Assembly: GCA_964549075.1 (NCBI GenBank)
Contig: CAZJUB010000005.1
Span: forward strand, 3,103 to 67,102
Reading direction: 5' to 3'
DNA length: 64,000 bases
DNA from: an uncultured archaeon
Lineage (GTDB): Archaea > Asgardarchaeota > Heimdallarchaeia > Heimdallarchaeales > Heimdallarchaeaceae
The first letter of the stretch is position 1. Every line of letters begins with the position of its first letter. Below the pieces are notes generated by a model that had not been told where the DNA came from, made no database searches, and saw only the letters and a list, made by a program, of their open reading frames with translations. The position numbers were made by a program, and so were the translations under genes. Shown in pieces: positions 18,973-28,007 of the stretch.

Positions 18973-19944
18973 TTAAACATCAAGCATAGATGTGATAAAC
19001 AATAATTTTTCTCTTGCAACACTCGGAGGAAATTCATCCAAAATAAGCTTTGCTTTTTCTAGGTAATCTGAAATTAATTCATTGGTTTTTAAAATTGCGC
19101 TAGAGTTTACTAATATCGTCCTAATCGTTTCAATAGAATATTCTTTTTTCTCTACATAATACTCATAAAGAATCTGGTTTTTATCTTTAGGTAAAGTCTC
19201 CATGGCTTCGAGAACTATATATGTTTGAATACGATTGGAAATGTCTGTTGTGACACCAGATTTCCCAAGATCATTTCCTTTGGATGTGAGAGAAAGATAA
19301 TCATCCCTCAACTGAAATGCTCTACCAAAATAGGTACCAAATGATTTCATTTTTTCTCTATTTTCTCTTGTTGAATTACCTAAAATAAAACCGATAACTG
19401 AAGCTGCTTCAAACAAGACAGCTGTCTTGCGATCAATCAGTTGCAAAGCTTCTTTTTTTGTCATTAATTTTTCTCCTTCTCTGAATTTTTGTTCCAAGAA
19501 TAAAGAAGTAGATAATGTTGAAATTGCATTAATAATCTCTTCTACAATTTCAATGGTTTCAGTCCTGGATGCTAAACTTAATGCTAAACTACTCATAGAA
19601 TAAGTTAAGGATAAAGCTGAGAAAGTTGAAAATTTAAGATAAAAAGATTTCTCTTTTCTTCTGTAAATGTCTTTATCAAATATATCATCTATAATTAAAG
19701 AAGCATTATGTATAATTTCTAAGGCGCAAGCTGCAGCTAGACTAGAGTCATCTCTGATTTTGTTTGATATCATTTCAAAAGACAAAAGACAAATCAATGG
19801 ACGTATTCGTTTTCCACTATTCTGTAAGATTTGATCGATCAAATCGTTAATTTCATCATCATATGGGCTATAATTACGTAAATTTGTTAAATAAGAGTTA
19901 ATCTGTTCAACTTCAGTACTAAGATCAAAAACTTCTTTGCTCAA
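18973..19944 (-). CDS. trans-Polyprenyl diphosphate synthase (long-chain-type sequence signature)
   Basis: First Asp-rich motif LIIDDIFDKD, second FQLRDDYLS. Small residues Ala/Ser at -5/-4 before the first motif (HNASLIIDD). TTG start. Confidence 0.8.
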   Translation of the reverse strand: MSKEVFDLSTEVEQINSYLTNLRNYSPYDDEINDLIDQILQNSGKRIRPLICLLSFEMISNKIRDDSSLAAACALEIIHNASLIIDDIFDKDIYRRKEKSFYLKFSTFSALSLTYSMSSLALSLASRTETIEIVEEIINAISTLSTSLFLEQKFREGEKLMTKKEALQLIDRKTAVLFEAASVIGFILGNSTRENREKMKSFGTYFGRAFQLRDDYLSLTSKGNDLGKSGVTTDISNRIQTYIVLEAMETLPKDKNQILYEYYVEKKEYSIETIRTILVNSSAILKTNELISDYLEKAKLILDEFPPSVAREKLLFITSMLDV

Positions 19945-19998
19945 TCAAATCAAGTAAAAACTAATTTATTCATAAAAAAAGTTATTGTCTAGTCCATT

Positions 19999-21501
19999 TT
20001 AAGAAAGTAAAAACAAAGAGATGAGAGAACAGAAATTTAGAATCTGTACAATCAAAATCATGAAAGAGATGATAATAACAAACATAATAATAGAACTAAT
20101 TACTGTAGCAGGTTCAATTCTTGTTAATTGCATCTGATATCTTGTTTCAGGTGAGAAAATTGATTTTAATAACCTAAAGAAATAAATTATTGATAAGACC
20201 AAGATGGTAATTAGAAGGATTGAAACGAAATACACCCTTGGGCTAAATGTAGAATTAAAAGAATATTTTTTCGAAATAATATAAACTGAAATAGGTACTA
20301 GAAAGAGCAAGAGTATATTTATTAAATTCACAATAAACTGAATGATAGAATTATGACCAATACTACCCAAGATAGATATTTCCTCTGATTTGAAACCCTT
20401 TGAAATTGAAGAGAATAGTGAAAGAGAGAAAGAGAAAAGTATTATATAAATTAAAACACCAAAATTAACAGATTTAAGACTATCAAGAAGCATTTCTTGA
20501 GACAGTGTACTGGAAAATACATCAGATAGAATCAGCATGAACATTCCAATATAAAACAAACTTATGTAATGAATAAGTTTCTGCAAACTATTTTCAGTGA
20601 TAGCACCAAAAACTCCCCAAAGAGCATATAATGCTCCTAATGAAGTAAAAAGCCAAAGTAAAATGTTATTTATTTCAGAGCTTGCTATTGTACTGGAATA
20701 CTTAATCAAGAATATCAAACTTAAACCTCTTTGAAACAGAAGGAGGATTGATGTAGTAGAATTCAGGTTTTTATTAACTGCTTTAAAGTACCAATTATGG
20801 AACGGTGGAACACCTAATTGGATAAGTAAAGAAATAATAACAAAAATTATTCCTATATACTCCCATAATTGCCTGGTAGTATTTTGAATAGCGAGAATGA
20901 AACCATTTCCTGAAAATGAGAGGCACGCAATACCTACAAAAAGTAAGGAAATAGACATACTAGACATTGCTAGATAATTTGTAATAACATCTTGAGATCC
21001 ACTTTCTTGTTTCTCATAAATTCCATGTATAAACATATTTGTGCTAATATAAATTAAAATGAAACCAAACAATATGTTAATCCAAGAATTTGAAGTAGTG
21101 ATAAACCATGATGAACCTTCCAACATTAGAAGTGAGATAAAGAGAAGGTAGTTTTTATTTGAATCCAGGTTTATTTCAACTATAGTTATAAATGAAACAA
21201 TAACAGTAGCTATACCTATGGTAATATATGCTCCAGCTGCGAACTGCGATATTTGAGTGTTGAAATATACTAAGGAACTTGCTTCGAAAGGATTATAGAT
21301 GTACCAAAAAGAGATCATAGAAACAATGCTGCTAACAACTACCATATAACCGTATAGAATTCTCATTCTCGATTTCAAATAAGAAAATCTTTGAGTTATT
21401 CTTGTTGATAGTAATCCTGTAATGATTATAGTTATTATACCTATCAATAATATCTCAAGAGGGAAGAACATTTTAAGGAATAATACCGCATAGTGCATCA
21501 A
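19999..21501 (-). CDS. NuoN/NuoM/MrpD-like antiporter-type membrane subunit (divergent)
   Basis: About 14 TM helices. LMLEGSSW, GVPPFHNWYF and ENSLQKLIHYISLFYIGMF resemble Proton_antipo_M signatures (lEl.S, PFH.W.PD, Q.n.KRllAYSSI.h.G). Confidence 0.55.
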   Translation of the reverse strand: MMHYAVLFLKMFFPLEILLIGIITIIITGLLSTRITQRFSYLKSRMRILYGYMVVVSSIVSMISFWYIYNPFEASSLVYFNTQISQFAAGAYITIGIATVIVSFITIVEINLDSNKNYLLFISLLMLEGSSWFITTSNSWINILFGFILIYISTNMFIHGIYEKQESGSQDVITNYLAMSSMSISLLFVGIACLSFSGNGFILAIQNTTRQLWEYIGIIFVIISLLIQLGVPPFHNWYFKAVNKNLNSTTSILLLFQRGLSLIFLIKYSSTIASSEINNILLWLFTSLGALYALWGVFGAITENSLQKLIHYISLFYIGMFMLILSDVFSSTLSQEMLLDSLKSVNFGVLIYIILFSFSLSLFSSISKGFKSEEISILGSIGHNSIIQFIVNLINILLLFLVPISVYIISKKYSFNSTFSPRVYFVSILLITILVLSIIYFFRLLKSIFSPETRYQMQLTRIEPATVISSIIMFVIIISFMILIVQILNFCSLISLFLLS

Positions 21502-23477
21502 ATTACACCTCCTGAATATAAGACGAGGATAATAGCTAATAATATTGAGAGCGAGATAAGAACAATCTGAAACTGAGTTCTTAAACCAGCAATCTCGAGT
21601 TTTCTTATGAATTTTGAGATAAGTTGGAAAGCAGCTACTATTTTGGGTACAATGATTTTAGTAATGATTCTTTTTAACCATTTTAATGTAAGAATAAGGA
21701 ATTTCCATGTTTTTTTAATAATAATTTCAATTAAGAATTTCTTAATGATAATTTGCTCAAACCATTTTGAGAAAGGAACAATTATCCTAATCCAAAGGAA
21801 TCTAACTGGTAAGAAGACAAGATCAATTGAATAAACAGTTTCAAGTGATTGTTCAATTTTATTAGAGAATTCTATTATTTCTAACACTGCTTTGGAGAAA
21901 TACCTGAGAATGACTAAATAGACTATTGAACCAATTACACAACCTGAGATAATTATTGAGAAAGGTATCCACCAAGCGTTAAAATTAGTAATTAATGGAA
22001 AAGTAAATGGATTGAATAAATTGAAAGAAGGATATAGAAGACTACTGAACACTATAAAGAGTAATAATGAACTTAAATACACTATTTCAGCTACTGAAAA
22101 CTGAAATTCTAATGATTTCTTTATTTGATTCTTATAAATTTTAATAATGAGTATGAATATTCCAAACATAATTACAGTGAATAAAACAAACAAACCAACA
22201 TTGAAAATTAATGTATTTTGAAAGATTGTTTGAACTAAAATCAGAAAGGTGCTATTTAACGGTGCTATTCCTAGGAATAGCAAAGAGAGCACAACAAGAC
22301 TAAAGAAATGAATTATTGTAAAAGCTAAATTAAATCTCCTAGTTTCTTGAATTTCTGAATCTTTTTCTGTGTTCTTTATGAATAAATAAGGTATCAATCC
22401 ATTTATCAAGATAGGGAACGTAATTAGTATCTGAAATCCTATAGCTATTTCTCTTAATCCTAAAACAGCCATAAAAATTCCAGACATTATCGTATTTATT
22501 AAAATCGAAATCTCTAGTTCTTTCTTTAGAAAAATAGAGAATACAACGCTCAATAGAGCTGTAATAATACCATACCAAAGGAAGAAATAAGAAATTTGCA
22601 AATGGAGTAGCAGAAAAAGTGGTGTAATAAAAAGTAATGAAAATGTTATCATAAAGTGTTTAGAAAGAAAAGTAAAAATCACATCTTTGTTGGACATGCT
22701 AATTTCCTTGAACCAAGTATGGAATGGGTAAAGAGAATTTTTTACAATTATACCTATTAAAAACAGACTCAAAATTAACTGTATGTCCTTACCTAAAATA
22801 TCAGGTTGAGTTAAAAGTTTATTACTAATTATTTGAAAATCTAATGATTTAACTAATCTTGCAAGAATAATTAGAGAAGCAAGAAAGAATCCATTTCCGA
22901 TGAAAAAGGAAGTTATCATTTTTCTTAATCCATCTGGTATCCTTTTTTCTGATTTGAGTATAAGATTTTTAATCAAAGTTATGAGAATCAAATCAGATAA
23001 AAGCACAAAACTCATGATTTGAAATAGATTAGATGAGAAAATAAGAAAATTCAAAGTTAAAGCATAGAGAATTAATCTTCCAGAGTGACTTTCTTTCCAA
23101 TAAGGTTTTTTCCATGATAAATACAAATTGGATAGAGCTAGTATAAACATAGATGTTAAATAAATGATAATTTGAGAAGAAGAAATCTGAAATCCTAAAT
23201 CAAAAGAATAGGTAAAGAAGGAAAATAAGGGGAGGACTTCTTTGATATTAATTATTGAACTAGAGTAATATCGAGTCATAAATAATGAAAAGTTAATCAG
23301 GGCTATCACAAATAAAACAAAGGAAGTTAAAGAGGAGAATATTTTTTTTCTATAGGTCTTTCTATTTTCTAGAAGTTCCATCATAATTCCAGTCAAACCA
23401 AAAACTAAAAACAATCCATTTTGAATAAGTAAACTGAGAACTATATCATTCATGCATTTCCCTCCCCTGGGGATCAT
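21498..23477 (-). CDS. NuoL/MrpA-like antiporter-type membrane subunit (divergent)
   Basis: VKNSLYPFHTWF (cf. GKSAQ.PLH.WLP). A C-terminal K/I-rich amphipathic helix of about 60 aa (WFEQIIIKKFLIEIIIKKTWKF...KFIRKLE) is followed by a final TM, like the NuoL lateral helix plus TM16. Alternative start MNDIV at 23453. Confidence 0.5.
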   Translation of the reverse strand: MIPRGGKCMNDIVLSLLIQNGLFLVFGLTGIMMELLENRKTYRKKIFSSLTSFVLFVIALINFSLFMTRYYSSSIINIKEVLPLFSFFTYSFDLGFQISSSQIIIYLTSMFILALSNLYLSWKKPYWKESHSGRLILYALTLNFLIFSSNLFQIMSFVLLSDLILITLIKNLILKSEKRIPDGLRKMITSFFIGNGFFLASLIILARLVKSLDFQIISNKLLTQPDILGKDIQLILSLFLIGIIVKNSLYPFHTWFKEISMSNKDVIFTFLSKHFMITFSLLFITPLFLLLHLQISYFFLWYGIITALLSVVFSIFLKKELEISILINTIMSGIFMAVLGLREIAIGFQILITFPILINGLIPYLFIKNTEKDSEIQETRRFNLAFTIIHFFSLVVLSLLFLGIAPLNSTFLILVQTIFQNTLIFNVGLFVLFTVIMFGIFILIIKIYKNQIKKSLEFQFSVAEIVYLSSLLLFIVFSSLLYPSFNLFNPFTFPLITNFNAWWIPFSIIISGCVIGSIVYLVILRYFSKAVLEIIEFSNKIEQSLETVYSIDLVFLPVRFLWIRIIVPFSKWFEQIIIKKFLIEIIIKKTWKFLILTLKWLKRIITKIIVPKIVAAFQLISKFIRKLEIAGLRTQFQIVLISLSILLAIILVLYSGGVI

Positions 23478-23727
23478 CTCTCTGACCGTCCTTTAACTCA
23501 TTTCTAAACGTGAATAGAAGAACAAGTGAGAGGATATATAAGCCTAAAATTATGAACAGAATAGTATCTGAGGTAATAACAGAGCTGGAGATAAGAATTA
23601 TTCCAGAAAATACTAAAAAGAAATATCCAAACATTACAATCATTTTAGTTTTGGAAAAGAATAAGCATAGGAATCCTAGACTCAAACATACCAAAAAAAG
23701 AGCAACGATATAACTTACGAAAACCAC
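23446..23727 (-). CDS. NuoK-sized 3-TM membrane protein (NuoK/MrpC-like by size, topology and position)
   Basis: 93 aa, three hydrophobic helices. Located between the J-like and L-like genes as in nuo operons. No sequence motif support beyond that. Confidence 0.3.
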   Translation of the reverse strand: MVFVSYIVALFLVCLSLGFLCLFFSKTKMIVMFGYFFLVFSGIILISSSVITSDTILFIILGLYILSLVLLFTFRNELKDGQRDDPQGREMHE

Positions 23728-24395
23728 AGATCATCTCTCCTATGTTGGTTTCTATTCCTAAACTCTACTAGAAATATTAGAATTAAGATAACAAGCAAGA
23801 CTAGAAAGATTATAAGAATTGCAATAGCTTCATAATTTCCTGAAAACAGAGAATATAGCGAAATTGGTTCAAATTTAATCATTTCATTTTGAGACATAAA
23901 AAGAAGTATATAGATTGAGATTGCTGGGAGTGCTAAAAGAAGAATAAAACTTGAAATCTGGGTTTTTCTTGAAATTTGAAAATCTAAACCTTCTATTTTG
24001 TTTTTATATAAGTAAAAAGCTGTAAAACCTATCATGAGGACATAAGTATATCCTACACAGATTACAAAGAATATTGTCTGACCTATCGATAGGAATACCA
24101 AAGAGAAGGAAATGAAACTAAGTAAAAACCAAATTAAACTCACTCTATTAGTACTTATAATACCTTTAACAAGCAATCCTGCTCCAAGAAAACTTCCAAG
24201 ATAATAATATACTTCTAAACTTGCGTTAGAAAAAACTATTACAAGTGTTATCAAAACTAGAAACAAGGCTAATTTAATACTTTGCCAAATTTTCTCCTTT
24301 AATCTGAAAATGTTGGGTAATATAATTGTTACAACTAATAATAAACTTAGAATTGAAATTATAATAGTTGAAACAAAATCATTTATGCCAAACAT
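23715..24395 (-). CDS. NuoJ-like polytopic membrane protein (weak)
   Basis: 226 aa, 5-6 TM. C-terminal SLFSGNYEAIAILIIFLVLLVILILIFLV resembles the NuoJ lG..Lft.y.lpFE..s.lLLvA segment. Position is upstream of the K-like gene. Confidence 0.3.
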   Translation of the reverse strand: MFGINDFVSTIIISILSLLLVVTIILPNIFRLKEKIWQSIKLALFLVLITLVIVFSNASLEVYYYLGSFLGAGLLVKGIISTNRVSLIWFLLSFISFSLVFLSIGQTIFFVICVGYTYVLMIGFTAFYLYKNKIEGLDFQISRKTQISSFILLLALPAISIYILLFMSQNEMIKFEPISLYSLFSGNYEAIAILIIFLVLLVILILIFLVEFRNRNQHRRDDLWFS

Positions 24396-24456
24396 CTGAA
24401 GTCAGAAAAAATTGGAAAAAGAAAAATAAAAAGGTTTGGGAATCGAAATTAGATTT

Positions 24457-25197
24457 CTAACTCGTTTTCTTACTTTTTCGCCTTCTATAATAACTAAAAG
24501 TTGCGATTACAACAACCACTGAAATCAAACCTACTGGGTTATCAAAGAATGAAGCTACTGTTAATTCAGGAATAGGTAAGTTAGCGGTGAAAAGTGGTAT
24601 ACTTATATTATATCCAGGAAAACTAGGCATATCAGGTAAGAGAGGATTTCCTTCACCAAAGGTGGTGAAATTCCCAATAGTATAATTCAATCCATAATCT
24701 ATTCTATATTCAAGATTGGTACCTAGAGCTTTTGTTAAATTAACATAATATATTGGTATATCATGCACTAAGTTTATTCTGATAGTTTCATATAAAGGAT
24801 CAGGATAATACAGAACTTCCCAGTGAAGAGAAGATTCTGCAGGAATCCTTAAACTCCACTTTGCGTTTAATTTTATAGTAAATAAATTATCTACAGAAGT
24901 GAAATTATAGTCAGTTAAATCAAATGATCCAACACCCCAAAAACCATAATAAGTATCCATTTCAATGTCGTTGTCTGTATCAAGACCGAGAACGTTCATG
25001 TAGACGGTAGGTTTTGTATAATTGCCAACTATTGGATCTGTTGGTGTATGAACAATATCTCTATAATCATCACTGGTTTGACGCATCACTCCAGAGAAAT
25101 CCCAAGTTTCTTCGTCTTGAGCAGTAGAGACTGTACTTGACATAAAGAAGAAAGAAGAAACCATCAATCCAATTAGTAATAAAGTTAGTTTTTTCAT
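24457..25197 (-). CDS. Secreted, C-terminally anchored surface protein (tandem paralog B)
   Basis: Signal peptide MKKLTLLLIGLMVSSFFFMSSTVSTAQ, sequons, C-terminal TM plus RRRKSKK tail. Shares ETWDFSGV and GNFTTFGEGNPL with the upstream gene. Confidence 0.5.
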   Translation of the reverse strand: MKKLTLLLIGLMVSSFFFMSSTVSTAQDEETWDFSGVMRQTSDDYRDIVHTPTDPIVGNYTKPTVYMNVLGLDTDNDIEMDTYYGFWGVGSFDLTDYNFTSVDNLFTIKLNAKWSLRIPAESSLHWEVLYYPDPLYETIRINLVHDIPIYYVNLTKALGTNLEYRIDYGLNYTIGNFTTFGEGNPLLPDMPSFPGYNISIPLFTANLPIPELTVASFFDNPVGLISVVVVIATFSYYRRRKSKKTS

Positions 25198-26066
25198 TTT
25201 TTCATCCTCCTAACCTTCTTTCCAAACTTCAGAATAATTAACGAAATTCCAATAGCTGCTAAAACAGAAACAAATGGGAAGTTAACCTCTATACTATGAG
25301 TCCTTGGTCTAGAAGTTCTAGATACATTTTGAGCCACAGTTATATTATAGGTGGGCCACCACTCATCCTCAGGATAAACAGTACCAGGTGGACCAGTAAA
25401 TAGGGGATTGGTTGGACCAAAGGTGGTGAAATTTCCATTGATAATAGTTTGATCTTTATTGATTTGTTGCCATTGTCCTACAACACCAGTTCGATTTACT
25501 AAATAAGCGATATGAACTGGAGTGTTTAAATCTGTTCCAGAAAACAGTGAAGGAATAGCTATAACTTTAGCTTTTACTCTCTCAAAAATGAAGTAAATAT
25601 CTTCGTTATAATAAGGACTCGAACTATTAATTATTGGAGAATCTTTGGTAACATCTATCCACCCCATTCCTTCTTCATGAGAAACATTAAAACCATATTC
25701 AGCTCCTGGTGCAGGTTCTTCCCAAAATAATGAAGCAAACGGAGCATTCCTTATTTCGTTAATTCCATGTAGAGCTACTATAGTATCAGGTAGAATATCT
25801 GAATCTTCTAGACTGTCCAAAGCGAAGATAAATGTTCTGAGAACTTCGGGATCTGCTATGATTGATTTTGTTACACCATCTGCAGGATACTGAGGGATAT
25901 ATTGCAAACGATACCCTTGTTGGTTAATTATTCCTTTAAAATCCCAATTTTCTGCATAGTCTGATTGACCAGTAGTGGTTTTAAAACTATCGTTTACAAA
26001 TGGGGTAAATAAAAAGGATATAATGATAGTTAAACAAATTATTTTTGGATATTTCACTATTTCCAC
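25194..26066 (-). CDS. Secreted, C-terminally anchored surface protein (tandem paralog A)
   Basis: N-terminal hydrophobic signal, ENWDFKGI and GNFTTFGPTNPL motifs, C-terminal TM plus KKVRRMKK. Overlaps paralog B by 4 nt. Confidence 0.5.
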   Translation of the reverse strand: MEIVKYPKIICLTIIISFLFTPFVNDSFKTTTGQSDYAENWDFKGIINQQGYRLQYIPQYPADGVTKSIIADPEVLRTFIFALDSLEDSDILPDTIVALHGINEIRNAPFASLFWEEPAPGAEYGFNVSHEEGMGWIDVTKDSPIINSSSPYYNEDIYFIFERVKAKVIAIPSLFSGTDLNTPVHIAYLVNRTGVVGQWQQINKDQTIINGNFTTFGPTNPLFTGPPGTVYPEDEWWPTYNITVAQNVSRTSRPRTHSIEVNFPFVSVLAAIGISLIILKFGKKVRRMKK

Positions 26067-26189
26067 CAGAAATTCTATTCTACAAGAATAGTTAAAGTGA
26101 CATTTATAACCTTTTTTGTTTAAAATTAATGTTTGTAAAAAACTGACATATAGTAATTTTTAAAGCGTTAAAAAAATTGTTTGAACCAG

Positions 26190-28007
26190 ATGTCTTGGTT
26201 AGAGGATAAAAAACGAACTCATTCAATAAAGGAAATTGCAAAAGTTATTTGGCCTTATATTGCGAGAAGAAAAGGTTATTTGACTTTTGTTGCTATAGTT
26301 TCGTTTTTTGCTGCAATAATTGGTTTAATTACTCCTTTACTAGTCAGACAAGTAATCAATTCAGCTATTCCTGAAAGTAATATTACTTTAGTATGGATAA
26401 TAGGTGCTAGTATTCTTGCAGTTGCTTTGATTGGAGGAGTGTTACAATACATTTCGAGATTTTATGCAGCTAAATATGCTCAAGATGTGATATACGAATT
26501 AAGAAATGACATCTATAAAATTTTACAAGAATTAAGTTTAGAATTTTATGATGAAGAGAACACTGGTCAAATTATGACAAGGGTAACAACTGACCTAAAT
26601 GCCATACAAAGTTTGATTAGTTTTACACTTCGATTAATTATGAATGGAGTCATCTATTTCATAGGTTCTTATATTGCTATGTTAGTTATGAGTTGGAGAC
26701 TAGGTTTAATTTTAGTTGCTCTTTTCCCCGGTTTTATATGGTTAGTATATTGGTTTAGTACAAAAGTAAGACCTCTTTTCTATCAAGCAAGAAGACAATT
26801 TGGAGATGTAACTTCAATACTCCAAGAAAATGTTACCGGTGCTCATGTGGTTAGAGGTTTCGCTCAAGAAGAAAATGAGATCAATAAATTCAATGAATCT
26901 AATATTATATATCGAGATTTAAGAATCAAAACACAAGTTTATAGAGCAGTCTACTTCTCAGTTATGACTTTATTGATTGGAATAGGAACAACTCTCGTAA
27001 TCATAGTAGGTGGAATACAAATTGCAAATTACCAACTACAAATAGGTGATTTTGTTGCTTTTCTATCGTATCTTGCATTATTACCAGGTCCAACAAGACA
27101 ATTAACAATGTTAGTAGGTGTTTTTCAAAGATCATTAGCTAGTGGAGATAGGATTATTGAACTTATAACTGCAAAGAAAGAAGTTCAAGAAGATCCAGAT
27201 GCGATATCACCGCCTAAATTCAAAGGTGATATTTCTTACACAAATGTTTGTTTTGAATATGAAAAAGGAATACCCATTCTTAAAAATGTGAGTGTCACTA
27301 TCCCAAGCAGTCAAAAGGTCGTTATTCTTGGAGGAACGGGAAGTGGGAAAAGTAGCTTTGTTAATCTGTTATCTAGATTTTATGATCCAACAGAAGGATC
27401 AGTAAAAATAGATGGTCAAGATATAAGAAGATATAAACTCAAAGAAATGAGAAAACAGATTGGTTTGGTCCTTCAAGAAACATATCTTTTTAACGCGTCT
27501 TTGAAGGAAAATATTTCTTTTGGAAAACCTGATGCAACAGAAGAAGAAGTAATTGAAGTAAGTAAAATTGCCAAGATACATGATTTTATTTCAGTATTAC
27601 CTGAAGGGTATGAGACCAAGGTAGGGGATAGAGGAATCACGTTGTCAGGAGGTCAAAAACAGAGAATATCGATTGCACGTACTCTATTAACTGATCCATC
27701 AATACTGATATTTGATGATTCAACTGCTTCAGTTGATGCTGAGACAGAAGCTCAGATTCAAGAAGCGTTAGATATTTTGAGTACAGGTCGTACAACCATC
27801 ATTATCTCTCAAAGAATATCTTCAGTTCATTATGCAGATAGGATTTTGGTTTTCGAAGAGGGCGAAATTGTTCAAGATGGTAAGCATGAGGATTTGATTA
27901 GCGCTCATGGATTATATCAAGACATATACTATACATTAGAGAGAAGTTATGGAGAGATTGAACCTCGTATCATAGAATCTGAAACTAAACCAAGAGGTGA
28001 TAACTAA
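26190..28007 (+). CDS. ABC exporter, fused permease-ATPase (ABCB/MsbA-like), subunit 1
   Basis: 6-TM domain followed by an NBD: Walker A GGTGSGKSS, signature LSGGQKQR, Walker B ILIFDDSTASVD. Track start is TTG 26181; first ATG at 26190. Confidence 0.85.
   Translation: MSWLEDKKRTHSIKEIAKVIWPYIARRKGYLTFVAIVSFFAAIIGLITPLLVRQVINSAIPESNITLVWIIGASILAVALIGGVLQYISRFYAAKYAQDVIYELRNDIYKILQELSLEFYDEENTGQIMTRVTTDLNAIQSLISFTLRLIMNGVIYFIGSYIAMLVMSWRLGLILVALFPGFIWLVYWFSTKVRPLFYQARRQFGDVTSILQENVTGAHVVRGFAQEENEINKFNESNIIYRDLRIKTQVYRAVYFSVMTLLIGIGTTLVIIVGGIQIANYQLQIGDFVAFLSYLALLPGPTRQLTMLVGVFQRSLASGDRIIELITAKKEVQEDPDAISPPKFKGDISYTNVCFEYEKGIPILKNVSVTIPSSQKVVILGGTGSGKSSFVNLLSRFYDPTEGSVKIDGQDIRRYKLKEMRKQIGLVLQETYLFNASLKENISFGKPDATEEEVIEVSKIAKIHDFISVLPEGYETKVGDRGITLSGGQKQRISIARTLLTDPSILIFDDSTASVDAETEAQIQEALDILSTGRTTIIISQRISSVHYADRILVFEEGEIVQDGKHEDLISAHGLYQDIYYTLERSYGEIEPRIIESETKPRGDN

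Noticed and set aside
23510-23713. 67-aa K/R-rich plus-strand ORF antisense to the NuoK-like gene. Also 21607..21834 and the same-strand, out-of-frame ORF at 22339..22578.
   Set aside because: These overlap the tightly coupled membrane-protein operon, either antisense or out of frame. Their composition reflects the complement of Phe/Leu/Ile-rich codons.
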